Of a stretch of DNA of 64,000 nucleotides, positions 40,599-52,560 are shown piece after piece. The stretch lies in NCBI RefSeq assembly GCF_006345805.1, contig NC_043008.1, positions 38,564,001 through 38,628,000 of the forward strand, read 5' to 3'. The DNA is from Octopus sinensis. Its lineage: Eukaryota. The notes below the pieces were generated by a model. It ran no database searches, was not told the origin of the DNA, and was given only the letters and a program-made list of their open reading frames with translations. A program made the translations under genes and the position numbers. Positions within the stretch are counted from its first letter, which is position 1. Every line of letters starts with the position of its first letter.

Positions 40599-42310
40599 GG
40601 TGGTGGTGGAGGTTTTGGTAGTGATGTTAGCATTGTTGGTTGTAGCAATGGAGACAAATAGAAGGAGGTTATGTGTGTTTAGTTTGTATTTTTTATAGGT
40701 GTTTCTTTTAGTCAGGACTTTAAGCTCTGTGTGTGTATATATATGTGTCAGTGCATGTTGATGAGAGTCAGTGCCTATCATCTACTATGAGTCAATATCC
40801 ATGTCATGATGTGACTCTGTGTTTACATGTTGGTATGACTCAGTATCCATGAGTGATGTGAGCCAATGCATGGTAGTGTGAGTCAGGATGTAACGGTGTG
40901 TGTGAACATTTGGATGCAAGTGAACATCTGTGATAGGGCAGGTATCTGAGTCAGTAAATATGTATTTGTTTGCGAGAGAAAATAAACATATATGGTTGCT
41001 TGTATGTAAATAAATGGGTGCATAAAATCCTAAGAGCATATCCAGGTGAACTTTAATAAATGTTTTAAATAAGCTAAATGACATCTACAAATGTATCATT
41101 CTTCAAACACAATATATTAATTCCTTCCCTTTTCAGTGTCATCTTGAGGCATGGGCACAAGGGTTAGGTCACCTGGAGGGGACATACAGGCCTGGGGACC
41201 CAATTCTAATCTATTTGCACTGTGGCTTGCCGTCAGTAAATACATAGTATAAAGCTCAATGCACTGGTTTTCCTCAGAGCATATAACTCTGTGAAGATGT
41301 CTCTTCCAGTTACTGTTATTTTCGTCTTTATCTTTCATCTTTTCACTTCAATAAAACATGTACCAGTAATATAATGGTTTTGATTCTGCTGATTACAATC
41401 TTCCACAGCAAAATTTAACCTTGAGGCTTGTCTAACTGTATCTGTATTATCAAAAGAAAATACGAGACTTCAATGCCAACGTTTCGCTGCTAATATCAAA
41501 ATAATTGAATATATGTGAAGGCCAAATTTATAGAGAAATTAAAACGGTTACTGGTCAGTTTATTCATTGATGTTCACAATTAGTGTAGCCTTTGATTTCT
41601 ACAATTACTGTCAGTATATCATGGACAGGCTTCTATACATGTTTCTTCTCATACATGCCAGTAATGGTATTCTACAAATTTCCACAATTATTATCTTCTG
41701 CAGTCAAGCATCCATTAGTGTTTTGTGGCAATGGTGGGCATTAGTAAAAAAGAAAAAAAAAGATGAAAAAAAAAACAAACAATTATTCTCTTTGGAGATG
41801 GAATTTTGGTTTTGGGAAGAAGGCAATGGTAATGTTTTGTCATAAAAGACGTTTATATTAACAATATAATGTAGAATTAAGAAGGATAGAAGGATGATTT
41901 GCATGGGCTATCATCATTTGCACCAGTTTCAGGGCCAGTCCTTTAAGTACAACTGTCAGGAATAATGTGGTAAAGAGGCACAAGAGAACAAAAAATAAAC
42001 AGTAAAATAACGAAATAAATAAGAATAAAAAATGTGTTATAGTCTTAGTCTCACTCTCACTCACTCCTTCTCACTCTCTCACTCTCACTCACTCACTCTC
42101 ACACTCTCTCTCGTTTTCTCTCACTCTCTCTCTCCCACTCACCCTCCCATGTTACATCAGTTATTGCTGTATATCAGTTCAAATGAAGAATTCTAAGAAT
42201 AGTGATGACAATGAAGTTTTACAGATGATGATGATAACAATGAAATGTCTTTATCATTATTGGTAACCGCAAATAATAACCATAATAACAACTGAAGAAA
42301 TAATAATAAC

Positions 42311-42355
<45 letters not shown>

Positions 42356-42394
42356 TATCATTATTATTATTATTATATTATTATTATTATTATG

Positions 42395-42545
42395 ATGGGT
42401 TTTAAATGTTGGCACAAGGCCAGCAACTTCGAGGAGTAGGAGTAAGTCGATTACATTGACTCCAGTGTCCAACTGGTACTTATCTTATCAACCCTGAAAG
42501 GACGAAAAAGAAAACTAACCTCAGCAGAATTTGAACTCAGCATGT
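42395..42545 (-). mobile_element. SINE family B fragment
   Basis: GGCACAAGGCCAGCAA..AACTGGTACTTAT..GAATTTGAACTCAG. Confidence 0.8.
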
Positions 42546-42586
42546 GACAAAATTATAACAATAATAACAATAATGATGATGATGAT

Positions 42587-42683
42587 GAAGGAAGAGAAGA
42601 AGAAGAAGAAGAAGAAGAAGAAGAAGAAGAAGAAGAAGAAGAAGAAGAAGAAGAAGAAGAAGAAGAAGAAGAAGAAGAAGAAG

Positions 42684-42720
<37 letters not shown>
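42587..42720. repeat. Nearly pure (GAA)n followed by (CAA)n
   Basis: Read directly. Confidence 0.95.
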
Positions 42721-42721
<1 letters not shown>

Positions 42722-42893
42722 ACTTCCTACTGAACTGAAAATCATCACTTATAAATGAATACCATTACTCTTGAAGGAACAACAATGGTTTTGGTTTCTG
42801 TGTGAAGAAAATCAACAATACTTAAGTGATGTGAATGCTTAAATTTTGTTTGAAGATTTCACATTGTATCCAATGGATTTTATATACTTGTCC

Positions 42894-42942
<49 letters not shown>

Positions 42943-42947
42943 GGTGT

Positions 42948-42986
<39 letters not shown>

Positions 42987-43576
42987 TTAACTTAATATAT
43001 CTGCTTTGTGCCGAAATTTTCTATAATTGAGATTTATATATTCACCTTCAGCCTGGCTTTGACAAGTCAAGGCAAAACTTACCATTACATGTATGTGTGT
43101 GGTAGGGTGTGAGAATGGAGAGAGACAGAGAGAGAAAGAAATGGTGAGGGAATGAGAGAGAGTGAAAGAGAGAGAGTGCTTGTGTATCATTGGAAATGTT
43201 ATTGATAGTTTTGTAGCAGTTCAACAGTCGTTATAGTTACTGGGCATTTTAATGTTTAGAACAATTATCTAGGGGCTAAAACCCGAAATAACTCTTTGTA
43301 AGCCAATAAACTATAGCAGCCATCAAAGATATCATCATCGTTATCATCACCATAATCATAGTTGTCATCGTCATCATCATTATCATCATCGTTTTGATAT
43401 CAACTTTTCCCCTCCTTGCATGGGTCAGGCAAAATTATGCTGAGGCAGATTTTTCTACAGTTGGATGTTCTTCCTGTCACTAACCCTCACCTGCTTCTTG
43501 ACAAGGTCATACTTTCATTAGTTTATCCAAAGACAATGAGTCCAAAGTGGGTTTCATGGAGAGTTGCAAATGAATA

Positions 43577-44472
43577 ATTCCTTAGAAAATTTCTATTAAA
43601 TCGTGGTTTTGGCCGTGTTGGCTGCTTCTTCTAGCATGTAAAAATTACCTGTTAAAGGGTAGTTTTCTTTTGTTTTTAAATGTACACTATTTTGAAATAT
43701 GAATTACTGGCACCTGTGCCGGTGGCATGTGTAAAAAGATTCAAGCGAGGTCGATGCCAGTACCACCTGACTGGCCCCCGTGCCAGTGGCACGTAAAAAG
43801 CACCCACTACACTCTCGGAGTGGTTGGCATTAGGAAGTGCATCCAGCTGTAGAAACTCTGCCAGATCAAGATTGGGAACTGGTGCAGCCATCTGGTTCGC
43901 CAGCCCTCAGTCAAAATCGTCCAACCCATGCTAGTATGGAAAGTGGACGTTAAATAATGATGATGATGATGAATATGTTGTCTATTGACTATTTATACAT
44001 GCTAGGCCACTGGTGGTAATATTTATAACAAATATTCATTACCCTATATATGTATCTTATGAATATGTTCTTAGCATTCTCGAAGATTCAGCTCAACATT
44101 ATATTTACTGCCGATTGAAACTGTGCCTGCGCACGGAATTTTGAAAAATTATAACATATAATGATGGGACACATGTTATCTTGTCTCTGAATTATAAGTT
44201 AGTTATTGAGGCCGGTTACTGATGAAAATTTGCCTGGCGGATAATATTGTTTGCTAAATTACCTATTAAAGGGTGGCAGATAATTTTATTTGCTGAAGAA
44301 ATTTGAAACCTAGGTATAACCGCAAATAAAAATAACAAGGTAAAAGTTTCTATTTTTCATTTCCTTCGAAAATTGCTATTAAATCGTGGTTTTGGCCATG
44401 TTGGCTGCTTTTTCTAAAATGTAAAAATTACTTGTAAAAGGATAGTTTTCTTTTGTGTTTAAATGTACACTA

Positions 44473-44480
<8 letters not shown>
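43577..44480. repeat. ~120-bp dispersed direct repeat (43577-43698 and 44361-44480) of an unclassified element
   Basis: TTCCTT.GAAAATT.CTATTAAATCGTGGTTTTGGCC...AAATGTACACTATTTT occurs twice. Confidence 0.8.
43706..43972 (+). mobile_element. Short retroposon family C with (GAT)n tail
   Basis: Well-preserved copy; ATGAAT occurs at both flanks (possible TSD). Confidence 0.9.
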
Positions 44481-44515
<35 letters not shown>

Positions 44516-45198
44516 CATATACACACTTATATATGTAGTAATTTTAAGTTTTATATGTGTGTGTATGTGTGTGTTTTGTGGTGCTTTTCAAATGTATAGG
44601 AAAGGCTGCATAGATATTTCCCCTCCTCCTGTCACTTCCAGCACAGCAACATTCATGCTATTGTCCAATGCTATCAGAAAATGATCTATTGTTTTGAGAG
44701 TGATAATAATGGGATTGGTATTTGTTCAGTAATATCTTTCTCAACATTTTTCTCAGCCAAGTTAATTACAAACATGACTCCAAAGAAACAAAGTGAAAGT
44801 AGGCAACGAACAACAACAACAACAACAACAACGACAATAAAAATAATATTAATGATAATAAAGATAATAATGATAATAATAATAGGGTATACACTTGAAC
44901 AAGGAAAGGTTACTCTCTGACAAAGATAGTCGGGAGCAATTAGATACTTTTAGACAGTTGGATAATACATTGATAGCAGTAGATATAAATAATCTCCTGG
45001 GTAAATTTATGATTCGGGAGAGTCAATTTATACTCAACACTTAAATGCCAAATAAAGTGTTACTCGGCCCTTTAACAGTGCTGCCAGACTTAATAATAAG
45101 ACTGGGTCGAATCAATATCCAAATATAACTTGAAGTGAAAATATATTTCTGTTTGCTATTAATACATTTTGCCCCTCATGTATCTACACTAGCATATA

Positions 45199-45243
<45 letters not shown>

Positions 45244-45263
45244 ATAAACAGATAGATAAATAA

Positions 45264-45306
<43 letters not shown>

Positions 45307-45844
45307 CACACACACACTTGCTTATATACATAAACCTATACATACACACTCTTATTAATTTCTCTTTTCTACTTTTCTCTGAAGAAGGACCCAGAGCAAA
45401 ACATTGGATTTTTCCACTCCCCATGGCAAGTTCACTGGACTCATTTTATCAATTTTACTTATATATATAAATAGAAGTCTTGCAAACACAAGCCAACACC
45501 AGTCTCTTTGAAGTCTGTTTGATCACATATATGTATATATATATACATACATATATATAAATATGTATATATATATACATACATATATATAAATATATAA
45601 ACACACACACATTATTTGAGTTGAACCTTACTGGCTTCTTCAACCTAACTAGCTGAATAAGCCATTAAGGGCAAAATCTGATATCCCGGTGAAATCAATG
45701 TTATCAACAAATTTCAATCTACTCTAGATATAGTCCTATTATGACTAATGGTTTTTGTTGTGCTTCAATAAATTAACACTACTAAATTAAACAAAGATAT
45801 ATCCTTCTTTAATCTGGAATATATATATATATAGATATAGATAT

Positions 45845-46050
45845 AGATTACTTAGATGATTTTCAGCCGAAGTTGGCCTCGGCTATGTCTAATTTAATAG
45901 CACCTCCTGGAAGAGATACACAGTCAGCTCTTGGGCACCATAGCCCATTCGAGCAGAGAGTTATTGTTTTCAGAGACATATCCAGGTGAGGGTGGTTTGT
46001 CTGCTATTTGTTGGAGGTAATCATCTAGGACCCATTTAGTTTCACGTTCC
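45845..46050 (-). mobile_element. CR1-group LINE 3' end (second family)
   Basis: Minus strand encodes KWVLDDYLQQIADKPPSPGYVSENNNSLLEW, resembling the LDxxLxxIPDxP..GY..NSL C-terminus. Confidence 0.65.
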
Positions 46051-46505
46051 CATTGGAATGGGAATTTTATATTTGGGTATACGCCATGTAGTATGTTGGT
46101 TAATGTGCATTCACAGTATTTGGTTATCTGATATCAACAACAATATGGAAGTAAATGCTACTGGATTTTGTTCAGAAATTCCCTTATGTCTGTAGAGTTT
46201 ATACAAGAAAATGTGAGAGAAATACAATGGAATTCGTGAAACACTTTTTTGAGAACCATTACAATTGTTTCAATCTGTCATGCACCAGTAACTTACAGGT
46301 GTGATGCTGTACGATCAGTTATCATGCATCATAGTTGCAGATGCATCTCCTCCAATGCATTTCATTGTTGTTGTTATAGAAATAAGTGAAACAACAAGTA
46401 AAATTGTTTGTGCAGCATTTCACTTCTAAGGTACAGACGCTTGTTGGGTCAGAATATTTGAAGGGTTTTAGTCAAACAAATTGACACCAAGACTTATATA
46501 TATAC

Positions 46506-46710
46506 AGGGAGAATTCATGAAAAAAAAACAAAAGACGAAGACAGGTGGTGTAGAAAACAAACAGATGTATTAGTATAATGCTCAGGAATTAAAAAAGTCT
46601 TTTACGTTTCGAGCCTAAGCTCTTCCACAGAAAGGAACACAGAAAGAAACAAGGAGAGAAACAAGGGGAGAAAAAAATGTGTGTAGTGGCTACCGATCTA
46701 TCATAGCAAC
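46506..46710 (-). mobile_element. Penelope-like short element with a minimal hammerhead motif (46599-46634), between (TA)n tracts
   Basis: Minus RNA CUUU-CUGUGGA-A-GAGC-UUAG-GCUC-GAAACGUA-AAAG. Confidence 0.78.
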
Positions 46711-46820
46711 TTTATATATATATATATAAAGTCCTCAATTCATAATCAGGCAAATATTCGAGATTGTACTTACTGAGTGTCACTTAAGCAAGTGACTTCT
46801 ATTATAGGCTAAAGTTAGTG

Positions 46821-47535
46821 AAGGTATATTGCTCAGTGATTAGAGTGTACACCAGTTCGATTCCTAGTGCCACATTGTATCCTTGAGCAAAACACTCTTT
46901 TCCCCACATTGCTTCAGTCAACTCAGTCGGCAAAAATGAGCTGTACCTAAAATGAGTAGTACTTGTAATTAAAGGGGCCAGCCTTGTCACATTCCTTGTC
47001 ATGCTGAATCTCCCTGAGTATTATATTAAGGACTAGCAGTATCGCCCGGCGTTGCTCGTGTTTGTAAGGGAATTAACTATATAAGCATTTTTAGAGTTAT
47101 AGCCAAAAAATAGCAAAAAAATGCATTGGAAAAAAAATTATGGTAAATTTTTTTTTAAATCGTTGACTCATCGTAGACATTTTTAGAGAGTTACTGCCCA
47201 TATATAATAGCAAAAAAAATGCATTCAAATGGAAAAAAATGATGGTAAATTTTTTTTTAAATCGTAGACTCATCGTAGATGCGCGCTAATACCCAGAAGG
47301 GCTCGATATGGATCACGACTATAAGATACCCGGTTTTGGTTAAACTGCACTGCAAAATGTGGGAGTAGTTAGGAATCTAAATCATAGGAGACAGACACAC
47401 AACTTCACTTTTATATATAAAGATATGCATTTCGGTGAAGTGCTCAGCCACTTGCTCATTAATTCCATGAGCGGGCTGTTCCCTTGATCAGATCAACTGA
47501 AACCTGCATCGTTGCAAACACTGGAGTGCCAGTTA
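46821..47535 (+). mobile_element. tRNA-derived SINE family E interrupted by a Helitron
   Basis: TGCTCAGTGATTAGAG and AGTTCGATTCC boxes, then TCCTTGAGCAAAACAC; the body appears to resume after 47423. Confidence 0.7.
47033..47423 (-). mobile_element. Non-autonomous Helitron
   Basis: Minus strand A|TCTTTATATATAAAA...CGAGCAACGCCGGGCGATACTGCTAG|T: 5' TC, 3' CTAG, subterminal GC hairpin relic, A-T target, no TSD. Internal ~100-bp tandem duplication. Confidence 0.88.
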
Positions 47536-47991
47536 ATCTTAACCAAGATCTTGTAAGTGGATTTGGTGAATAGAAACTTTCCAGAATCCTCTTCTGCATG
47601 TACGAATGTGTGTGACCTCACAAATGTTATGACACTTTAACAAGCTGTAAGTATGTGACATGAGATTGTATACATCACAAGGCTGTGCATAGCGTCATGC
47701 AGTAATTAAATATCTAATGAGTTTATAATAATTAGTCTTAATTCATCTATGAATGGAATGAAGGCAAATGTTATCATATTCATGCTTGAGTCCCTAATTA
47801 CTAATCATAATAATCAACCTGATTACATGAGGCTTTAGATTTAAATTTACATTTTTCTTTATTTTTGACTATGAGGTTTTATTGATGGCATACATGCAAC
47901 AGCCTATCCTATGTTAAACTCATCTACAACTGAAAGACAACAACAACAAAAAACAGAAAAAGAATTACTATGCAAATACATACACACATAC

Positions 47992-48065
<74 letters not shown>

Positions 48066-49162
48066 TATATATGCACACACATACATGCATGTATGTGTAT
48101 AAATATAACCACATGCACATATGCATATATATATATACACACACACATATATATATAGATATATACACATATATATACATATGTATTAGTATGTATCTGT
48201 ATGTTTGTATTAAAATAACATTTTCTCAAAGAACAACCCACAAACAACACTCCATCTGCATTATCTACTTATAGCTGTCATGTCTACCACAGGACTTACA
48301 AATCTCTCACTTTCCTTAAAAGCCACTTGCGTGCATCAGAAAACTTTGTGGACAGATAAAGCTAAAATTTCGTTGGGGAAAAGTCATCGCACTTGGACAT
48401 GAGCACAAGTACGTAGATAACAGCTAAGTCTATATGCATGCATACATACATATATATGCACGCATGCACACATGCAAATACGCATACATGTATGTATATA
48501 AGTATGTACATATGTATGCATGTATGTATGTGTACATGTTCGTATGTATGTTTGTGTATAAATGTATGTATGTATGTATGATACACAGAGAGAAGCAGAC
48601 AGACAGAGAAAGACAGAGACAGGGACAGACAGACAGACAGGCAGACAGACAGACAGGCAGACAGACTGACAGAGACAGAGAGAGAGAGATAATAAATTAC
48701 CAGCTAAGATTTTAAATTTTAATATATCTGTCATTTTAATTCTTAGCAATATCTTTGAAGTAAAATTTAATCAAAGATTTTATTTTTTCTTTAAATATAT
48801 ATATATATAATGTTCAGAGATGTACCTAAGTAATTTATATATGCAAACCTATACACACACACCCACACACACACGCACAGATACACACACAAACATACAC
48901 ACACACACATGCATATAGTCATACACATAGGTATACATGCATCCACATATGTATGAATATATGTATCATCTACATGTATGTATATATATATATAAGTATA
49001 TATGTGTATGCATATACATGTAGATGAAACATATTCATACATATGTGGACATATATGTATATGTATAAATATGTATGTGTGTGTGTGTGTATGTGTGTGT
49101 GTGAGTGTGTGTATATGCATATGTGTATGTATGTATATGCATATATATAGGGATGTATATAT

Positions 49163-49559
49163 TACTCTTTACTCTTTTACTTGTTTCAGTCATTTGACTG
49201 CCGCCATGCTGGAGCATCACCTTTAATCGAGCACCTCAACCCCGGGACTTATTCTTTGTAAGCCTAGTACTTATTCTATCGGTCTCTTTTGCCGAAACGC
49301 TAAGTGACGGAGACATAAACATACCAGCATCGGTTGTCAAGCAATGCTAGGGAGACAAACGCAGACACACAAACATATATATATATATGTATATATACAT
49401 ATATACGACAGGCTTCTTTCTGTTTCCGTCTACCAAATCCACTCACAAGGCTTTGGTGGGCCCGAGGCTATAGTAGAAGACACTTGCCCAAGGTGCCATG
49501 CAGTGGGACTGAACCCGGAACCATGTGGTTGGTAAACAAGCTACTTACCACACAGCCAC
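49163..49559 (-). mobile_element. Full-length SINE family A
   Basis: tRNA-like head GTGGCTGTGTGGTAAG..GGGTTCAGTCCC, internal (TA)/(TG) tract, (GTAAAAGA)n tail. Confidence 0.92.
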
Positions 49560-49589
49560 AACACATACTCAGGTGTATACCTGGGTATG

Positions 49590-49638
<49 letters not shown>

Positions 49639-49681
49639 CCACACATGCATATATCTATATCTGTCTATCTATATATCTATA

Positions 49682-49870
49682 TCAGAAATTCGGGGTGAGT
49701 ACTTGATAATTGTAAGCACCTGTATATACCGTTTGGTGGTGTAGGTGGTGGAGTAAATTAATCAAAATAAAAACATGATGCCAAGGATTCAGCGGTACAT
49801 ATGTTTCAGGCCTTTATTAGACAGATTTATAACAATGTATAATGTGTGTCTGTGGCCTATGCATGCATCT
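49682..49870 (-). mobile_element. Penelope-like short element carrying only the 3' half of a hammerhead motif (49792-49858)
   Basis: Minus RNA AGGCC...GGCCU-GAAACAUAUGUA-CCGC with palindromic ACAUAUGU. No CUGANGA before the TA tract. Confidence 0.5.
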
Positions 49871-50297
49871 ATATATTATATATAATATATATATAAATAA
49901 TAAATGAGGAAGCCTCGCTATGCCACTGCACTGGCCAAAGTACTATCCTTCTTATTCAAACTACTGTACTCTCTCCTTACTAAAGCTCTTTCGACTTTGC
50001 TATCAGATTAAGTTGCATTACAATGCATTTGATATGATTAAACAGGGGAATGAACTCTATTCCCCTTCAGTGAATCTGAAGTTACTGCACTGAACAAATA
50101 TTTAAGAAGGGTTTATCTTTCTACCTCAGAGAAATTCAGATTAGTAGCATATATTAATCAATGTGGTATAAATAAAATCATAGAAAATACAATAATTTCA
50201 TTGCTTTTTTCTTCTGTTAGTACTTTCTCTCATTACTTTGTTTTGTGTACATTTGAATGTGCATGCATGTATGCATGTGTGTATGTGTGTGTGTATA

Positions 50298-50334
<37 letters not shown>

Positions 50335-50605
50335 TACATATATTATTTACATTTGATGGATATTTGTCCTCATCTTGTTTGTTGTTAACACAACGTTTCT
50401 CTGATATACCCTCCAGCCTTCATCAGGTGTCTTGGGGAAATTTCGAACCTGGGTTCTTATTCCTGAGGTATTTTTTGATGCTATTATTATTATTATTATC
50501 ATCATTATTATTATTATTGTTATTATTATTGCCCGGTGAAATCAAACTCAGAATCTTGGGGTTTGTAGCCTGCATTCTTAACCACTATGCCATATACCCA
50601 TAAGC
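50335..50605 (-). mobile_element. tRNA-headed SINE-like element carrying a hammerhead ribozyme motif
   Basis: Head TGGCATAGTGGTTAAG..GAGTTTGATTTC (50531-50599), (AAT)n linker, hammerhead at 50388-50430, 3' end at (TA)n. Confidence 0.8.
50388..50430 (-). ncRNA. Minimal type-I hammerhead ribozyme motif (core intact, base of helix II damaged)
   Basis: ACAC-CUGAUGA-A-GGCUG-GAGGGUAUAU-CAG-A-GAAAC-GUU-GUGU. Confidence 0.75.
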
Positions 50606-50709
50606 ATATGTGTATGTGAATATATATATGTATATATATAAAAAGCAAGAATAACTGGTAACTAAGAATTTTTCAATGAATATTCTTGCAACCCTAAGAT
50701 TTTAATATG

Positions 50710-50747
<38 letters not shown>

Positions 50748-50865
50748 CCTACATACATGCATATATACAAATATACATATATACATACATGCACACACAT
50801 ACATATATATACATATAAATATATATATACATGTATACACATATGATCTCGATTAACCAACTACA

Positions 50866-51416
50866 CACCAAGGCTAATGTGAAACTAATATGAGAAACTA
50901 TTCAAGCAAGGAGATGGAAATGGCTGGGTCAAGTTTGTCGCTATAAACCAAACTCAATTGTCCGGGTTGCTTTGCAATGGGTTCCACAAGGTAAAAGAAG
51001 ACGTGGTCAACCAAAGGAAACGTAGCCGAGAACAATAAGATCTTAAAAGCAGAGGGTTAACAATGAGACATACTAATAAGGATGCTTTCAGTGTTAGAAG
51101 ATGGAACGATCTTGCTATCATCTCAAGTACCTATTTCTTTATTACCCACAAGGGGCTAAACACAGAGGGGACAAACAAGGACAGACATAGGTATTAAGTC
51201 GATTACATCGACCCCAGTGCGTAACTGATACTTAATTTATCGACCCCGAAAGGATGAAAGGCAAAGTCGACCTCGGCGGAATTTGAACTCACAACGTAAC
51301 GCAGACGAAAAACCGCTAAGCATTTTGCCCGGCGTGCTAACGTTTCTGCCAGCTCGCCGCCTTATCACCTCAAGTACCACCAGGCACAATGAGAACTGAA
51401 TGAATGATGAATGAAT
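50866..51416 (+). mobile_element. RTE-clade LINE 3' end with (GAAT)n tail, interrupted by a SINE
   Basis: Encodes ETIQARRWKWLGQVCRYKPNSIVRVALQWVPQGKRRRGQPKET*, the RTE-type WLGH..GKRxRGRP motif. Confidence 0.85.
51132..51362 (-). mobile_element. Young full-length SINE family B with TSD
   Basis: CpG-rich copy. TSD TATCA(T/C)CTCAAGTACC at 51116-51131 and 51363-51378. Confidence 0.93.
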
Positions 51417-52026
51417 ACACACATATATATATATGTATATATATAAACATACACAAACACACATATAAACAATGTGTATATATATACTTTTATACATACA
51501 CACACACACATGTGTGGGGTAAGATGCATGTGTATATACTATATTTACTTGTATATAGGTGTTACTTGTGTACCTGTCATTCTCATTTTATAAGTTCATA
51601 TCCAAGGTTTTTGTTAATGAAGTTATGTACAAAAAATTGTAACTTATAGACAAGTAAATATGGTACACACACACACTCGCACAAATGCACATGAGCACAC
51701 ACATACCCACCCCTACATACACACAGACATGTACCCACACACACACACACACACACACACCACACACACACATGCACACATGCACACAAGTGCACACACA
51801 CACACACACACCTATACACATGGGATGGTTGAGGATAAGTGCCAATGGAAACTAAAAGCCAAATAATTATTTTCTTTATTTTGTACATGAAGCTCATATA
51901 GTTTGCCAAATTCCAAATTACTATGAGATAGACACCAAGTCTGAATTGAAAAAATAAAAAAATTTCATGTACCCAGCAACTGATACCAATATACAATAAA
52001 TTATTATTATTATTATATTATTATTT

Positions 52027-52057
<31 letters not shown>

Positions 52058-52560
52058 TTTCATTATAATTATTATTGTTGTTGTTGTTGTTGTTATTATT
52101 GTAGTGTTACTAGTACCATGTGGTTTAAGGTGTTCTGATATGAACTTCTGAAAGGTACTAAGTGAATCGCTTCTTTAACACTTTCTAATGCAGTTAGTAT
52201 CAGATTCTGTGAGGTAGAATGGAGTTCACTCCCTTTTTTAATCTTCTGACAATACATCTGACATGATTGAGCAGAAAGTACAAAAAAAATAACAGAAGCA
52301 TTAGTAAGGAGTACAGTGCTCTAGTCAGAACATCACCATAAGGTCCATCCAGTTCCTTCTTCCATTTGGTTTGGTTATCCAAAGTTGTTTTGTTGGCAAC
52401 TGCAAGTTCCACAAGTCCAGTTGCAAATCAGGCATTTGTTGTCTTGTTGGTACTTTCTGTTGGTTGCTTCCCATTATTTTCTATGCCTAGGTTTATCATT
52501 GAAATACCTGCATTTGTGTCTTTGTTGCTCACTAACAATTCCTACTCATACATACTATAT

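Noticed and set aside
41475-41495. CGAAACGTTGG on the minus strand, resembling a hammerhead 3' half
   Set aside because: No CTGANGA or helix II partner nearby.
45375-45460. CTGAAGAAGG...AAAACATTGG followed by (TA)n, hammerhead-like spacing
   Set aside because: No convincing helix II and GAAAC is absent.
47700-47830. Dense TAAT/ATTA homeodomain-like sites (also ~34075-34185)
   Set aside because: Expected by chance at this AT content without conservation data.
52200-52555. Coding-looking minus-strand stretch (ELAVANKTTLDNQTKWKKELDGPYGDVL)
   Set aside because: In-frame stop upstream, no recognisable family and no clear splice pair; a BLASTX search would settle it.
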